From contig JBDKHK010000023.1 in NCBI GenBank assembly GCA_039797705.1, forward strand, positions 1 to 60,472: a stretch of DNA of 60,472 nt. The letters run 5' to 3'. The notes under the pieces were generated by a model. That model saw only the letters and a program-made list of their open reading frames with translations. It was not told the origin of the DNA and did no database searches. Positions 12,289 to 23,275 of this stretch are shown piece by piece. Position numbers and translations under genes: made by a program. The stretch is from Bacteroidota bacterium. GTDB taxonomy: Bacteria; Bacteroidota; Bacteroidia; Chitinophagales; JADIYW01. Every line of letters begins with the position of its first letter. Positions within the stretch are counted from its first letter, which is position 1.

Positions 12289-12468
12289 ATGGCGAAGATA
12301 AAAATTACACAAGTCAAAAGTACAATTGACAGAAGCAAAAGTCAAAAAGATACTATTAAAGCACTGGGTATCCAAAAAGTAAACAGAAGCGTTGAAAAAG
12401 AAGCTACTCCTCAAATCTTAGGAATGGTAGCAAAAATAAAACATTTAGTAACGGTAGAAAATATCTAA
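12289..12468 (+). CDS. rpmD: 50S ribosomal protein L30
   Basis: IKITQVKSTI...ALGI...GMVAKIKHLV; ATG at 12289. Confidence 0.97.
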   Translation: MAKIKITQVKSTIDRSKSQKDTIKALGIQKVNRSVEKEATPQILGMVAKIKHLVTVENI

Positions 12469-12470
12469 TA

Positions 12471-12926
12471 ATGAGCATAAGTTTAAATAATCTAAAACCG
12501 GCTAAAGGTGCTGTTAAAGGCAGAAAACGTATTGCACGTGGTCAAGGGTCCGGTTCTGGCGGTACAGCAGGCAGAGGTCATAAAGGAGCAAAATCTCGTT
12601 CTGGTTATAAACAAAAAAGAGGTTTTGAAGGCGGTCAAATGCCATTACAACGTCGTTTGCCAAAACGTGGATTTAAAAATCCAAATAGAATTGAATATAG
12701 AAAAATTAACTTGGCTGAATTACAAGAATTAGCTGAAAAAAATAATATTACCGAGTTTAACTTTGAAACTTACAGAACGTTGAAACTAATTAAAGCTTCA
12801 GATAAAATAAAAGTTTTAGCCAACGGAGAACTGAAAGGTAAATTAAATATAGCAGCACACGCATTTAGTGATAAAGCAAAAGAAGCCATTGAAAAAAACG
12901 GAGGAGCAACCACCATTATAGCATAA
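12471..12926 (+). CDS. rplO: 50S ribosomal protein L15
   Basis: GRGHKGAKSRSG, GFEGGQMPLQRRLPKRGF. Confidence 0.99.
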   Translation: MSISLNNLKPAKGAVKGRKRIARGQGSGSGGTAGRGHKGAKSRSGYKQKRGFEGGQMPLQRRLPKRGFKNPNRIEYRKINLAELQELAEKNNITEFNFETYRTLKLIKASDKIKVLANGELKGKLNIAAHAFSDKAKEAIEKNGGATTIIA

Positions 12927-12930
12927 GCTT

Positions 12931-14262
12931 ATGAAGCAATTTTTTGAAACATTAAAGAACATCTTTAGTATAGAAGACCTAAGAAAAAGAATACTCTTGA
13001 CTTTAGGGCTTCTTTTTATTTACAGACTTGGATGTTTTGTAGTATTACCAGGAGTAGATCCAACAAAAATAGCAACTGGTTCCGCATCAGGAATCCTGCA
13101 ATTATTTGATTTATTTGCAGGAGGCGCATTCTCTAAAGCATCCGTTTTCGCTTTAGGAATTATGCCATATATCTCCATGTCTATCGTGATGCAATTGGTA
13201 ACACTTGCTGTACCATACTTCCAAAAAATGCAAAAAGAAGGAGAAAGTGGTAGAAAGAAAATCAATCAATATACAAGATACGGAACAGTATTAGTAACAG
13301 CATTTCAAGGATTTGCCTATGTGAAATTCTTATACGCACAAAATATTGTTTCATCAGATATTCCAATCGCATTGTTTTCCTTTTCAACTATGATAATATT
13401 AGTAGCAGGAACCGTATTTGTAATGTGGTTAGGCGAACAAATTCAAGAAAGAGGATTAGGAAATGGAACATCTTTAATTATTATGGCAAATATTATTGCT
13501 CGACTACCGGCATCCTTTGTAGCAGAGGTAAAATCAAGAGCAATCACTGGAAGCGGAATTTTAATGTTAGTGATAGAATTAGCAATCTTAATGTTTGTAA
13601 TTGTATCTACAATCATGTTGATTCAAGCTACTCGTAAAGTACCATTGAGCTACGCAAAACAAATGTCAGGAGGAAACAATGCATATACACAACGCAGAGG
13701 ATTTTTACCTTTGAAAGTGAATATAGCAGGAGTAATGCCTATCATTTTTGCACAAGCATTTTTATTTATACCAGGAACAATTGCACAACTATTCCCAGAT
13801 ACAGCAGCAGCGAGAGTATTACATCAAATGAATGATTTCACCTCTGTTCCTTATAATGTAGTAATGTTTTTAATGGTCGTATTATTTACATACTTCTATA
13901 CTGCCTTAATTATGAACCCAGTTCAAATGGCAGACGATTTAAAAAGAAATAACGGATTTATACCAGGTGTAAAACCAGGATCCAATACAGCAGAATATAT
14001 AGACACTATTTTATCTAGAATTACTTTGCCTGGTTCTTTGTTCTTAGGATTTATTGCTATAATGCCATCCTTTGCAAAGATAATCGGAGTAAATACACAA
14101 TTTGCCTACTTCTTCGGTGGAACTTCTTTGTTGATTATGGTAGCAGTAGTACTGGATACAATGCAACAAATCAACTCACATTTATTAAGTCGTCACTATG
14201 ATGGACTAACTAAATCAGGAGCAAAAATTAGAGGAAGAAATGCAGTTTCTTCAGATTATTAA
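12931..14262 (+). CDS. secY: Preprotein translocase subunit SecY
   Basis: FALGIMPYI, GLGNGTSLII, AGVMPIIFA, FIPGVKPG, GGTSLLI. Confidence 0.99.
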   Translation: MKQFFETLKNIFSIEDLRKRILLTLGLLFIYRLGCFVVLPGVDPTKIATGSASGILQLFDLFAGGAFSKASVFALGIMPYISMSIVMQLVTLAVPYFQKMQKEGESGRKKINQYTRYGTVLVTAFQGFAYVKFLYAQNIVSSDIPIALFSFSTMIILVAGTVFVMWLGEQIQERGLGNGTSLIIMANIIARLPASFVAEVKSRAITGSGILMLVIELAILMFVIVSTIMLIQATRKVPLSYAKQMSGGNNAYTQRRGFLPLKVNIAGVMPIIFAQAFLFIPGTIAQLFPDTAAARVLHQMNDFTSVPYNVVMFLMVVLFTYFYTALIMNPVQMADDLKRNNGFIPGVKPGSNTAEYIDTILSRITLPGSLFLGFIAIMPSFAKIIGVNTQFAYFFGGTSLLIMVAVVLDTMQQINSHLLSRHYDGLTKSGAKIRGRNAVSSDY

Positions 14263-14278
14263 TTTTTTTTAGGAGGAA

Positions 14279-15079
14279 ATGATACATTTAAAATCTCCCG
14301 AACAAATTGAATATATAAGAAAGAGTTCTTTGTTAGTAAGCCAGACACATGCAATGCTGGTAGAATATATAAAGCCTGGTGTAAAAACAGCTCGCTTGGA
14401 TGAACTCGCAGAGCAATTTATACGCGACAACGGAGCAAAACCATCCTTTAAAGGATATGGCGGATTTCCAGCTACCTTGTGCATATCAATGAATGAACAA
14501 GTAGTACACGGCTTCCCTTCAGATAGAGAAATTAAAGAAGGAGATATTCTATCAGTGGACTGCGGCGTATATAAAAATGGTTATCACGGCGATTCAGCAT
14601 TCACTTTTCCAATAGGAGAAATATCAACAGAATCTAAAAAATTGCTACAAGTCACTTTCAATTCTTTGTTTTTAGGAATAGAACAAGCAGTAGCAGGAAA
14701 TAGAGTGGGGGATATTGGTCATGCCATCCAGTCTTATTGCGAGTTTACTCATAAATATGGAGTAGTACGAGATTTGGTAGGACATGGTGTAGGAAAAGAA
14801 TTGCACGAAGACCCACAAATACCTAATTACGGTAAACGCGGAAAAGGTCCAATGTTGCAAGAAGGAATGGTCATTGCTATTGAACCAATGATTAACATGG
14901 GAACTTATCAGGTAAGAACTTTACCCGATAAGTGGACTATTATTACCAAAGATGGCAAGCCGTCTGCTCATTTTGAGCACACCCTAGCCATCAAAAAAGG
15001 TAAGTCTGACATACTTAGTGACCATAATTTAATATTCGAAGCGATAAAAAAGTCAGAATATATTAAGGATTTCAGATAA
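14279..15079 (+). CDS. map: Methionine aminopeptidase type I
   Basis: VVHGFP, D-x10-D, GHGVG..LHEDP, AIEPM, HFEHT. Confidence 0.98.
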   Translation: MIHLKSPEQIEYIRKSSLLVSQTHAMLVEYIKPGVKTARLDELAEQFIRDNGAKPSFKGYGGFPATLCISMNEQVVHGFPSDREIKEGDILSVDCGVYKNGYHGDSAFTFPIGEISTESKKLLQVTFNSLFLGIEQAVAGNRVGDIGHAIQSYCEFTHKYGVVRDLVGHGVGKELHEDPQIPNYGKRGKGPMLQEGMVIAIEPMINMGTYQVRTLPDKWTIITKDGKPSAHFEHTLAIKKGKSDILSDHNLIFEAIKKSEYIKDFR

Positions 15080-15119
15080 AAATTACGATATTTGCAACCC
15101 GAAAATAGAGGTTGACGAT

Positions 15120-15338
15120 ATGGGTAAAACAGATTTAATAAAATTAGATGGTACGATCACGGAAGCTCTTTCAAACGCAATGTTCCGCGTTAAGTTAGAA
15201 AACGGCCATGAAATTTTAGCTACAATATCCGGAAAAATGCGTATGCACTACATACGAATACTACCGGGCGACAAAGTCGCAGTTGAAATTTCTCCGTATG
15301 ATCTTTCCAGAGGAAGAATAACTTTCAGATATAAATAA
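15120..15338 (+). CDS. infA: Translation initiation factor IF-1
   Basis: [28 protein letters not shown]. Confidence 0.99.
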   Translation: MGKTDLIKLDGTITEALSNAMFRVKLENGHEILATISGKMRMHYIRILPGDKVAVEISPYDLSRGRITFRYK

Positions 15339-15357
15339 ATTAAAACGATTAACTACC

Positions 15358-15474
15358 ATGAAGGTAAAAGCATCAGTAAAAAAACGAAGCGAAGACTGCA
15401 TCATCGTGCGCAGAAAAGGCAGAGTGTATGTGATAAACAAAAAAAATCCAAAATTTAAACAAAGACAAGGATAA
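15358..15474 (+). CDS. rpmJ: 50S ribosomal protein L36 (zinc-independent type); not in ORF track
   Basis: Manual translation [38 protein letters not shown] (38 aa) between infA and rpsM. Confidence 0.97.
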   Translation: MKVKASVKKRSEDCIIVRRKGRVYVINKKNPKFKQRQG

Positions 15475-15476
15475 TT

Positions 15477-15854
15477 ATGGCAAGAGTATCAGGTATTGAC
15501 CTTCCAAAAAATAAAAGAGGCTTTGTTGCTCTTACTTATATATATGGAATCGGCAGATCAGCAGCAAGTGCAATTTTAGAAGAAGCAGGCGTAGATCCAC
15601 AAAAAAAAGTACACGAGTGGAACGATGACGAAACAACTGCAATTCGTAATGTAATCAATGCAGCGCATAAAGTAGAAGGACAATTACGTTCCGAAACCCA
15701 ATTAAACATTAAACGTTTAATGGATATTGGATCTTATAGAGGTATCCGTCATCGTAAAGGATTACCCGTTCGTGGACAAAGCACTAAACGTAATGCTCGT
15801 ACACGTAAAGGTAAACGTAAAACTGTAGCAGGTAAAAAGAAAGTAACTAAATAA
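15477..15854 (+). CDS. rpsM: 30S ribosomal protein S13
   Basis: [23 protein letters not shown]. Confidence 0.99.
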   Translation: MARVSGIDLPKNKRGFVALTYIYGIGRSAASAILEEAGVDPQKKVHEWNDDETTAIRNVINAAHKVEGQLRSETQLNIKRLMDIGSYRGIRHRKGLPVRGQSTKRNARTRKGKRKTVAGKKKVTK

Positions 15855-15879
15855 TAGTAATAATTGAAGCTTTAACATA

Positions 15880-16272
15880 ATGGCACAAGCAACAAAAAAG
15901 ACAGTAAAAAAGAGAGTAGTGAAAGTAGAAGCCGAAGGCTATGCTTACGTTAGATCAACTTTTAACAACATCATTATCTCTTATACCAATAAAGCCGGAC
16001 AAGTAATCTCTTGGAGTAGTGCGGGTAAAAATGGTTTCAGAGGTTCTAAAAAAAGCACCCCCTATGCGGCTCAAATGGCAGCTCAAGACGCCGGACAAAA
16101 AGCATACGAAGCAGGATTGCGCAAAGTAGAAGTATTTGTAAAAGGACCTGGAGGTGGACGCGAATCAGCTATTCGTACCATCGGAAATGTTGGTATAGAA
16201 GTAACCATCATTCGGGATGTAACTCCATTACCACACAATGGTTGCAGACCTCCAAAAAGAAGAAGAGTATAA
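15880..16272 (+). CDS. rpsK: 30S ribosomal protein S11
   Basis: [30 protein letters not shown]. Confidence 0.99.
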   Translation: MAQATKKTVKKRVVKVEAEGYAYVRSTFNNIIISYTNKAGQVISWSSAGKNGFRGSKKSTPYAAQMAAQDAGQKAYEAGLRKVEVFVKGPGGGRESAIRTIGNVGIEVTIIRDVTPLPHNGCRPPKRRRV

Positions 16273-16356
16273 TTTTATAAAGAAAAATAGAGACGAGAGT
16301 GTTATAAGAGGAATTAAATCCCATACAAAACACTCCAATCCAAAATCTAAAAAAAA

Positions 16357-16965
16357 ATGGCAAGATATACAGGACCACGTACTAAAAAATCAAGAACATT
16401 TGGTGAGCCAATATTCGGATACGACAAATATTTCGAAAAGAGAAAATACGCTCCGGGACAACACGGAAACTCTAGAAAACGCTCCACTAAATCTGAATAC
16501 GCAATTCAGTTAAAAGAAAAACAAAAAGCAAAATACACGTATGGTATTTTGGAAAGACAATTTTATAAAACTTTTGCTGAAGCAGCTCGTAAACACGGCG
16601 TAACAGGGGATAACTTAATGCGTTTATTAGAACAAAGATTAGATAATACAGTTTATCGTTTAGGTTTTGCACCAACCCGTAGCGCAGCACGCCAGTTTGT
16701 AAATCACAAACACATCACAGTTAATGGTAGAATCGTAAATATCCCATCTTATACACTAAAAGTAGGAGACGTAGTAAGTATTCGCGAAAAATCTAAAAAC
16801 TTGGATGTAGTACAAGATACTTTGAAATTAGCTGGGGTGAAAAAATACTCTTGGTTAGAATTAAACACTGCTAAATTAGAAGGAAAATATGTGGAATTGC
16901 CAACAAGAGATCAAATTCCTGAAACTATTAAAGAATTATTGATTGTTGAGTTATATAGTAAATAA
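16357..16965 (+). CDS. rpsD: 30S ribosomal protein S4
   Basis: MARYTGP, LEQRLDN.VYRLGF, ARQFVNH. Confidence 0.99.
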   Translation: MARYTGPRTKKSRTFGEPIFGYDKYFEKRKYAPGQHGNSRKRSTKSEYAIQLKEKQKAKYTYGILERQFYKTFAEAARKHGVTGDNLMRLLEQRLDNTVYRLGFAPTRSAARQFVNHKHITVNGRIVNIPSYTLKVGDVVSIREKSKNLDVVQDTLKLAGVKKYSWLELNTAKLEGKYVELPTRDQIPETIKELLIVELYSK

Positions 16966-17060
16966 TATAGAATAGTTAGTGATGAATATTTAAACATACC
17001 TCACTATCTTTTCGTTTTTACTTTCATTTTCACTAAACATTAAAATTAAAAAAACAAAAT

Positions 17061-18056
17061 ATGGCTATTTTATCATTCCAAAAACCGGATAAGATTCTTT
17101 TACAAAAAGCAACTGACTTTGAAGGTACTTTTGAATTTGCACCTTTAGAACCAGGTTTTGGAAATACTATAGGTAATGCCCTTCGCAGAGTATTGCTATC
17201 TTCTTTAGAAGGCTATGCAATAACAAGTATCAAAATTGCCGGAGTTAATCATGAGTTTTCTACTATAAAAGGCGTAATTGAAGACGTTACAGAAATTGTT
17301 TTGAATATCAAACAAGTACGCTTAAAAAGAGTATTACAAGATACAGATGCAGGTTTTGAAAAAATCTACATCTCTCTTAAAAATAAAGAACAATTTACAG
17401 CAGGAGATATCGAAGCCCATACCAATGTATTTGCAGTAACCAATCCTGAATTGGTGATTTGTAATATGGAAAAAAATGTAGGTTTAGAAATGGAAATCAC
17501 TATCGGAAAAGGTAGAGGTTATGTAGCAGCAGAAGAACATTACGTGGATAGCTCCATCGTAGGCTTGATTCCTGTAGATTCTATTTATACTCCCATCAAA
17601 AATGTACGTTATAAAATAGAAAATACACGTGTAGAACAACGTACTGACTTTGAAAAATTAATCATTGACGTAAAAACAGACGGTACTATTCACCCTGAAG
17701 ATGCCGTTAAGGAAGCAGCTAAAATATTAATTCAACACTTGATGTTAGTTTCTGATGAAAATATCACTTTTGATTCAGAAGAAAAAGGACAAGAAGAAGT
17801 AGTGGACGAACATATTTTACACATGCGTAAAATACTAAAAACGCCTTTAGAAGATTTAGATTTATCAGTTCGTGCATACAACTGTTTGAAAGCAGCAAAA
17901 ATTAATTCATTGTCTGAATTAGTTCAATACGATACCAACGAATTATTGAAATTTAGAAACTTCGGACGTAAATCTTTAGTAGAAATTGAAGAGCTAATCA
18001 TTGAAAAAGGAATGCACTTCGGTATGGATTTATCTAAATTTAAATTAGAAGATTAA
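17061..18056 (+). CDS. rpoA: RNA polymerase subunit alpha
   Basis: [38 protein letters not shown]. Confidence 0.99.
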   Translation: MAILSFQKPDKILLQKATDFEGTFEFAPLEPGFGNTIGNALRRVLLSSLEGYAITSIKIAGVNHEFSTIKGVIEDVTEIVLNIKQVRLKRVLQDTDAGFEKIYISLKNKEQFTAGDIEAHTNVFAVTNPELVICNMEKNVGLEMEITIGKGRGYVAAEEHYVDSSIVGLIPVDSIYTPIKNVRYKIENTRVEQRTDFEKLIIDVKTDGTIHPEDAVKEAAKILIQHLMLVSDENITFDSEEKGQEEVVDEHILHMRKILKTPLEDLDLSVRAYNCLKAAKINSLSELVQYDTNELLKFRNFGRKSLVEIEELIIEKGMHFGMDLSKFKLED

Positions 18057-18067
18057 AATAAATTATA

Positions 18068-18120
18068 ATGAGTAGAATGAGTAATATGAAATTACTTAAT
18101 ACTAACTACTTAATCCTAAC
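18068..18120. repeat. Two-armed heptamer tract (TACTTAA TACTAAC TACTTAA TCCTAAC) ending 3 nt before the rplQ ATG
   Basis: ATGAGTA-type arm at 18068-18084, four 7-mers at 18093-18120. Confidence 0.6.
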
Positions 18121-18123
18121 AAA

Positions 18124-18645
18124 ATGAGACACGGAAATAAAATAAATCACTTAGGCAGAAAATACGGACACAGAGCAGCGTTGCTTAAAAATTTGTCTGC
18201 AGCACTATTTATGAATAAACGTATCGAAACTACGATTGCTAAAGCAAAAGAGTTGAGAGGATATGTGGAACCATTAATAACAAAAGCAAAAGACAATACA
18301 ACACACTCTCGCCGTCAAGCTTTTTCTTATTTGCAAGATAAAACAGCTACTAAAGAATTATTTGATGTAGTAGCACCAAAAGTAGGCGACCGCCCAGGTG
18401 GATATACTCGTATCGTTCGCTTAGGTTTTCGTTTAGGAGATGCTGCAGAAATGGCAATTATTGAGTTAGTAGATTTCAATGAAACCTACAAACCTAAAGC
18501 TACTGCTGCTGCTGAACCTAAGAAGAAAACTCGTCGTTCTGCTGTTGCTAAGAAGAAAACAGAAACGGCAGAAGTAGTTGAAGAATCTAATCCAACCCCT
18601 TCAGAACCTGAAATAACACCAACAGAAGAAAAGACAGAAGAATAA
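18124..18645 (+). CDS. rplQ: 50S ribosomal protein L17 with C-terminal extension
   Basis: [24 protein letters not shown]. Confidence 0.99.
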   Translation: MRHGNKINHLGRKYGHRAALLKNLSAALFMNKRIETTIAKAKELRGYVEPLITKAKDNTTHSRRQAFSYLQDKTATKELFDVVAPKVGDRPGGYTRIVRLGFRLGDAAEMAIIELVDFNETYKPKATAAAEPKKKTRRSAVAKKKTETAEVVEESNPTPSEPEITPTEEKTEE

Positions 18646-18669
18646 ACAATGATTTTTTCAACACATAAC

Positions 18670-18702
18670 AAAAGGATGGCTAAGAATTGCTATCCTTTTT
18701 TT
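18670..18702 (+). terminator. Intrinsic terminator of the ribosomal superoperon
   Basis: AAAAGGATGGC-loop-GCTATCCTTTT followed by a T run. Confidence 0.8.
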
Positions 18703-18758
18703 ATTTTTGCACTATTCAACTCTTATTAATTATAGTATTCAACTGAAATTTAAATACC

Positions 18759-19850
18759 ATGCCGAATAACACACCAGCCGTTTTATTGTTAGAAGATGGA
18801 ACCTCTTATCAAGGATTTGCTTGCGGAAAAATAGGAACTGCCACAGGAGAAATTTGTTTTAACACTTCTATGACTGGCTATCAAGAACTATTTACCGACC
18901 CAAGTTATTTCGGTCAGTTATTAATCTCTACCAATGTACATGTTGGTAATTACGGTGTAATAGAATCAGAAGCTCAATCTAATAACATACAAATTGCAGG
19001 CTTAATTTGCAGAGATTATGCTAATAATTATTCACGCAAACAAGCAAACAGCTCATTAGAGGATTATTTTATCCAACACAATTTGGTGGGCATTTCAGGT
19101 ATAGATACACGTGCGGTTGTGCGTTATGTACGAAAAAAAGGCGCCATGAACGCCATTATTTCTTCTGAAATTACAGATATAGAAATATTAAAACAGGAAT
19201 TACATAAAGTTCCCAATATGGAAGGATTGGAATTGGGTACTAAAGTAACCACCAAAGAAGCCTATACTGTTGGAAATCCGGATGCAACCTATAAAGTAGC
19301 AGCATTAGATTTAGGCATTAAAAAAAGTATTTTGAATAACTTGGCAAATAGAGATTGTTTTGTAAAAGTATTTCCTGCCACCACTTCTTTTGATGAAATG
19401 AAAGCATTTAATCCTAACGGCTATTTTATTTCAAATGGTCCAGGCGATCCTTCGGCAATGGATTATGCTTTAGAAACAGTAAAGCAAATTTTAGCAGCAG
19501 ACATGCCATTGTTTGGTATTTGCATGGGACATCAATTACTTGCCAGAGCCGCAGATATTCCTACCTATAAATTACACCATGGCCATCGTGGTGGCAACCA
19601 TCCAGTAAAAAATTTAAAAACGGGCAATTGCGAAATTACAGCTCAAAATCACGGTTTTGCAGTAGATATGGAAGCTTTGCAAAAATCAGATAAAGCAAGA
19701 TTGACACACATTAATTTAAATGACAACTCTGTTGAAGGATTAGAAATAATAGGTAAAAAAGCATTCTCTGTTCAATACCATCCAGAAGCAGCACCCGGCC
19801 CGCATGATTCGCATATTCTTTTCGAAGATTTTGTAAAAATGATGTCGTAA
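18759..19850 (+). CDS. carA: Carbamoyl-phosphate synthase small subunit
   Basis: GEICFNTSMTGYQE, SNGPGDP, GICMGHQ, QYHPEAAPGPHD. Confidence 0.98.
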   Translation: MPNNTPAVLLLEDGTSYQGFACGKIGTATGEICFNTSMTGYQELFTDPSYFGQLLISTNVHVGNYGVIESEAQSNNIQIAGLICRDYANNYSRKQANSSLEDYFIQHNLVGISGIDTRAVVRYVRKKGAMNAIISSEITDIEILKQELHKVPNMEGLELGTKVTTKEAYTVGNPDATYKVAALDLGIKKSILNNLANRDCFVKVFPATTSFDEMKAFNPNGYFISNGPGDPSAMDYALETVKQILAADMPLFGICMGHQLLARAADIPTYKLHHGHRGGNHPVKNLKTGNCEITAQNHGFAVDMEALQKSDKARLTHINLNDNSVEGLEIIGKKAFSVQYHPEAAPGPHDSHILFEDFVKMMS

Positions 19851-20065
19851 TTAATTTTTTTTAGACTATAGATTTTCCCCAGCTCTTGTTGGTATTATTG
19901 CTACACGGCGTTTGTAAAACACCCTTTTTTTTTAATATCTAAATTTGTATATTTATAGTTTCTGACTGTTTTAAAATAAAGGTATAACAAAAATACGGTA
20001 ATACATTTTAGATAAATTATTCATATCAATATAAGCATTGATACTTTTTAATAGAAGAATAAAAA

Positions 20066-20863
20066 ATGGACGAAGAAGAAACCATAAAAAAGGATTTATT
20101 AAACGAACTGAGTATTTTGAAAGAAGAATACATCAAACTTATTAATGATTTTGATGTATTAGAAAATTGGGGAAAACCACAATTAGAAGCTATTTATGCA
20201 ACACGAATAGGTCAATACAAATTAAAAGTATTGGAAGCACAAATTCGCATTAAAGGCATTAAGCTAAAAATGGAATTGATTCGTACTGCTATAAATACAA
20301 ATCAAAAAATTGATATGAATGGGATCGAATTAACGGTTGCTGAAAAATTAGCGGAAGCCTATGAACAAGTAATGCAACAAGCAGCACATATTGAAGGTGC
20401 AAAAAACATGTTGCGCCATTTAGAATCACCAGAAAAAAGTGCAGAATTACGCAAAATTTTCAGACAATTAGCAAAAGATTTACACCCTGATGTAAACCCT
20501 GACTTAACCCATGAACAACAACAGATTTGGCATTTGGTAAAAGATGCTTATCACCACGGCGATGTCGAAAAATTAAAAGCATTACAGTTGGTGTATAGCC
20601 ATGAAATTAAATCAAAACAGGAAAAAAATAATGAACTTACGGAAGAACAAATATTTCTGCACATTCAAACTATAAAAGCAGCAATAAAAGTATTGCACGA
20701 TGATATTAGAACTATCAAACAATCGTTTCCGTTCACCATCGAAAATGAATTAAAAACGGAAGATTGGATAAAAGAACAAGTGCAAATTACTGAAACAGAA
20801 TTAGTAAAATTAGAAGCTTACGAGCGTGAATTATTAGTAGAATTACAACAATTATTACAATGA
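20066..20863 (+). CDS. Coiled-coil protein with an internal J-like domain (HPD motif)
   Basis: ELRKIFRQLAKDLHPDVNP...WHLVKDAY matches J-domain helices II-III; long helical flanks. Confidence 0.75.
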   Translation: MDEEETIKKDLLNELSILKEEYIKLINDFDVLENWGKPQLEAIYATRIGQYKLKVLEAQIRIKGIKLKMELIRTAINTNQKIDMNGIELTVAEKLAEAYEQVMQQAAHIEGAKNMLRHLESPEKSAELRKIFRQLAKDLHPDVNPDLTHEQQQIWHLVKDAYHHGDVEKLKALQLVYSHEIKSKQEKNNELTEEQIFLHIQTIKAAIKVLHDDIRTIKQSFPFTIENELKTEDWIKEQVQITETELVKLEAYERELLVELQQLLQ

Positions 20864-21249
20864 ACAACGAAAATGGCATAATAAAACTGAATACTGGTTT
20901 GATGCAAGCCATGCAAAACGGTGCTATTAATATTGATGTGTTTTCCAAAGATATTACCGTGTTGGATTGCTTGGTTGCAGGCACTTCATTTTATAATGTA
21001 AAAAGTATTGAAACTGAATTAAATGAAAATGATAAATTAGATTTGCAACGTGAACCATCAAACGAATACGATGAATTTGCAATTGCTATTTATTATAAAG
21101 AACAAAAAATTGGGTTTATCCCTAAAATAAAAAATGAATCAGTGGCTCGCTTATTAGACGCTGGCAAGAAATTTCATGCTGTTATTAAAACTAAAAACTG
21201 GGAAGGTAATTGGCTAAAATTATCTATTGAAGTAGTGCTGAATGATTAA
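20860..21249 (+). CDS. HIRAN domain protein
   Basis: VAGTSFY...LQREPSNEYDEFAIAIY...KIGFIP is the HIRAN signature; ATGA overlap with the upstream gene. Confidence 0.88.
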   Translation: MNNENGIIKLNTGLMQAMQNGAINIDVFSKDITVLDCLVAGTSFYNVKSIETELNENDKLDLQREPSNEYDEFAIAIYYKEQKIGFIPKIKNESVARLLDAGKKFHAVIKTKNWEGNWLKLSIEVVLND

Positions 21250-21305
21250 ATAAAATCATTATTTCTAATTACAAAAATTAGAATGTACTTGTTTATTTTT
21301 AGCAC

Positions 21306-22061
21306 ATGATTTTGCAATTTACCTTAACGTGTTTTATCTATATTTGGATAGCCATTGCTGTTGTTTTGTTTCCCTTGCAAATTTTTGTTTCCGCTCCTTA
21401 TGGAAGGCATACTAAAACTACTTGGGGCCCGATGTTGCCCAATAGACTTGGTTGGATTTTGATGGAAGCATGGGCGATTATAGCATTTTGGTATTTCTAT
21501 GGAACTTCTTTTAATACCAATGTATATTCATTGTTTTTTGCTGTTTTATATACATTGCATTACTCTTATCGAAGTTTTATTTTTCCATGGAAAACAAAAA
21601 CAAAAGGCAAACAAATGCCTGTGTTTATTGCATCTTCAGCTTTAATTTTTAATTCTATTAATGCAGGGCTTTTAGGATATTATCTTGCAAAAATCAGTAA
21701 TTATCCTGTTGCTTATTTTATACATTGGAATTTTATAGTTGGATTTATATTGTTTTTTGCAGGATTTATTATCAATTATAAATCTGACGATATTTTGATA
21801 AACCTCCGAAAGCCTGGAGAAACAGACTATAAAATTCCCAATGGGTTTTTATTCAAATATATCTCTTGCCCAAATCATTTTGGTGAAATGATAGAATGGT
21901 GTGGATATATGTTAATGGTGTGGAATTTAGCAGGTGTTGCTTTTTTTGTTTGGACAGTATCTAATCTTTTACCAAGAGCTTTGCATCACCATAAATGGTA
22001 TTTACAACATTTTAAGGATTATCCAAAAGAAAGAAAAGCAGTAGTGCCTTTTGTTGCTTAA
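21306..22061 (+). CDS. 3-oxo-5-alpha-steroid 4-dehydrogenase (SRD5A-like) family membrane reductase
   Basis: APYGRH, GWILME, HYSYRS, LRKPGETDYKIPNG.LF.YISCPNHFGEMIEW, RA..HHKWY. Confidence 0.9.
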   Translation: MILQFTLTCFIYIWIAIAVVLFPLQIFVSAPYGRHTKTTWGPMLPNRLGWILMEAWAIIAFWYFYGTSFNTNVYSLFFAVLYTLHYSYRSFIFPWKTKTKGKQMPVFIASSALIFNSINAGLLGYYLAKISNYPVAYFIHWNFIVGFILFFAGFIINYKSDDILINLRKPGETDYKIPNGFLFKYISCPNHFGEMIEWCGYMLMVWNLAGVAFFVWTVSNLLPRALHHHKWYLQHFKDYPKERKAVVPFVA

Positions 22062-22071
22062 TAAGTAAATT

Positions 22072-23121
22072 TTATTTCAAACTCCAGTCAAATTTGTCTA
22101 AATTTTCTAAGCAGTGTTTTAATAAAAGCACCGATGCTTCTATGTCTGATTTATGAGCCATTTCAATCACTTGATGTAAATGACGAGTAGGTATTGAGAT
22201 AGCTCCGGCAATAGCTCCAGTTTTTCCCATGCGTTGTATGCCAGCAGTATCCGTGCCACCCATTGGCAATAATTCAGGCTGCCATTTTATTTTGAATTTA
22301 TCGGCAATTTCTTTTTGATAACGCACCATGCGGTAATCGCAAATGGTGGATGCGTCCATTAATTTGATGGCAACTCCTTCGCCTAATTTGGTAATTTGTT
22401 CGTCTTCTCTTGCTCCTGGTAAATCATAAGCAATGGTAGTGTCTAATCCAAATCCAAAAGTTGGATTGATATTATGTGCGGCTACATTGGCTCCGCGTAT
22501 GCCCACTTCTTCCTGAACAGAAAATACGCCATATACATCATACGGACAATCTTCCAATAATTTTAATGTTTCAATTAAAACATAAACAGAAACTCGATTG
22601 TCAATAGATTTACAATTTACACAATCGCCCATTTCTATTAGTTGGCGGTCTCTGGAAATGGTATCTCCAATAGTGATATATTTCTCTACTTCCTTCTTAG
22701 GCAAACCCATGTCTATAAAAAAATCACTGATTTGTACATTTTTATTGCGCTCCTCCGGTGTCATAATATGGATGGGCTTACTTCCCATTACTCCAATCAA
22801 ATCTTTTTTTCCATGCACCACCACACGTTGTGCCGTTAATGTTTTAGGATCAAAACCACCAAGTGTATGAAAACGAATAAAACCATTGCTATCAATATGC
22901 TTTACCATAAATCCAATCTCATCCATGTGAGCCGCAACCATCACTCGTTTGCTGCTGTCTTTCCCTTTTTTTATAGCATAAACATTTCCCAAATTGTCAG
23001 ATTCTATCGTATCGGCAATGTCTTTTATGTTTTTTAAAACTAATTCTCTTACACGTTGTTCGTGTCCGGGCACACCTGCTACTTCACAGATTTGTGCCAA
23101 TAATTTTACGTCAGTTTTCAT
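22072..23121 (-). CDS. M42 family aminopeptidase
   Basis: AAHMDEIG, KSIDNR, QEEVGIRGA, GGTD, IPTRHLH. Confidence 0.93.
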   Translation of the reverse strand: MKTDVKLLAQICEVAGVPGHEQRVRELVLKNIKDIADTIESDNLGNVYAIKKGKDSSKRVMVAAHMDEIGFMVKHIDSNGFIRFHTLGGFDPKTLTAQRVVVHGKKDLIGVMGSKPIHIMTPEERNKNVQISDFFIDMGLPKKEVEKYITIGDTISRDRQLIEMGDCVNCKSIDNRVSVYVLIETLKLLEDCPYDVYGVFSVQEEVGIRGANVAAHNINPTFGFGLDTTIAYDLPGAREDEQITKLGEGVAIKLMDASTICDYRMVRYQKEIADKFKIKWQPELLPMGGTDTAGIQRMGKTGAIAGAISIPTRHLHQVIEMAHKSDIEASVLLLKHCLENLDKFDWSLK

Positions 23122-23275
23122 ATTAAATAATAGTTTTGATAAAAGGGTTTTATTTAATTAAGATTCAAAAATAATGAATATTTTATTTATAAACGAAGCC
23201 TTTTCTATATAAAATTTGATAACATCCAAAAAATACCATTCGTTTTTTATACCTTTAAAAAGCTAAAAACAGTAT

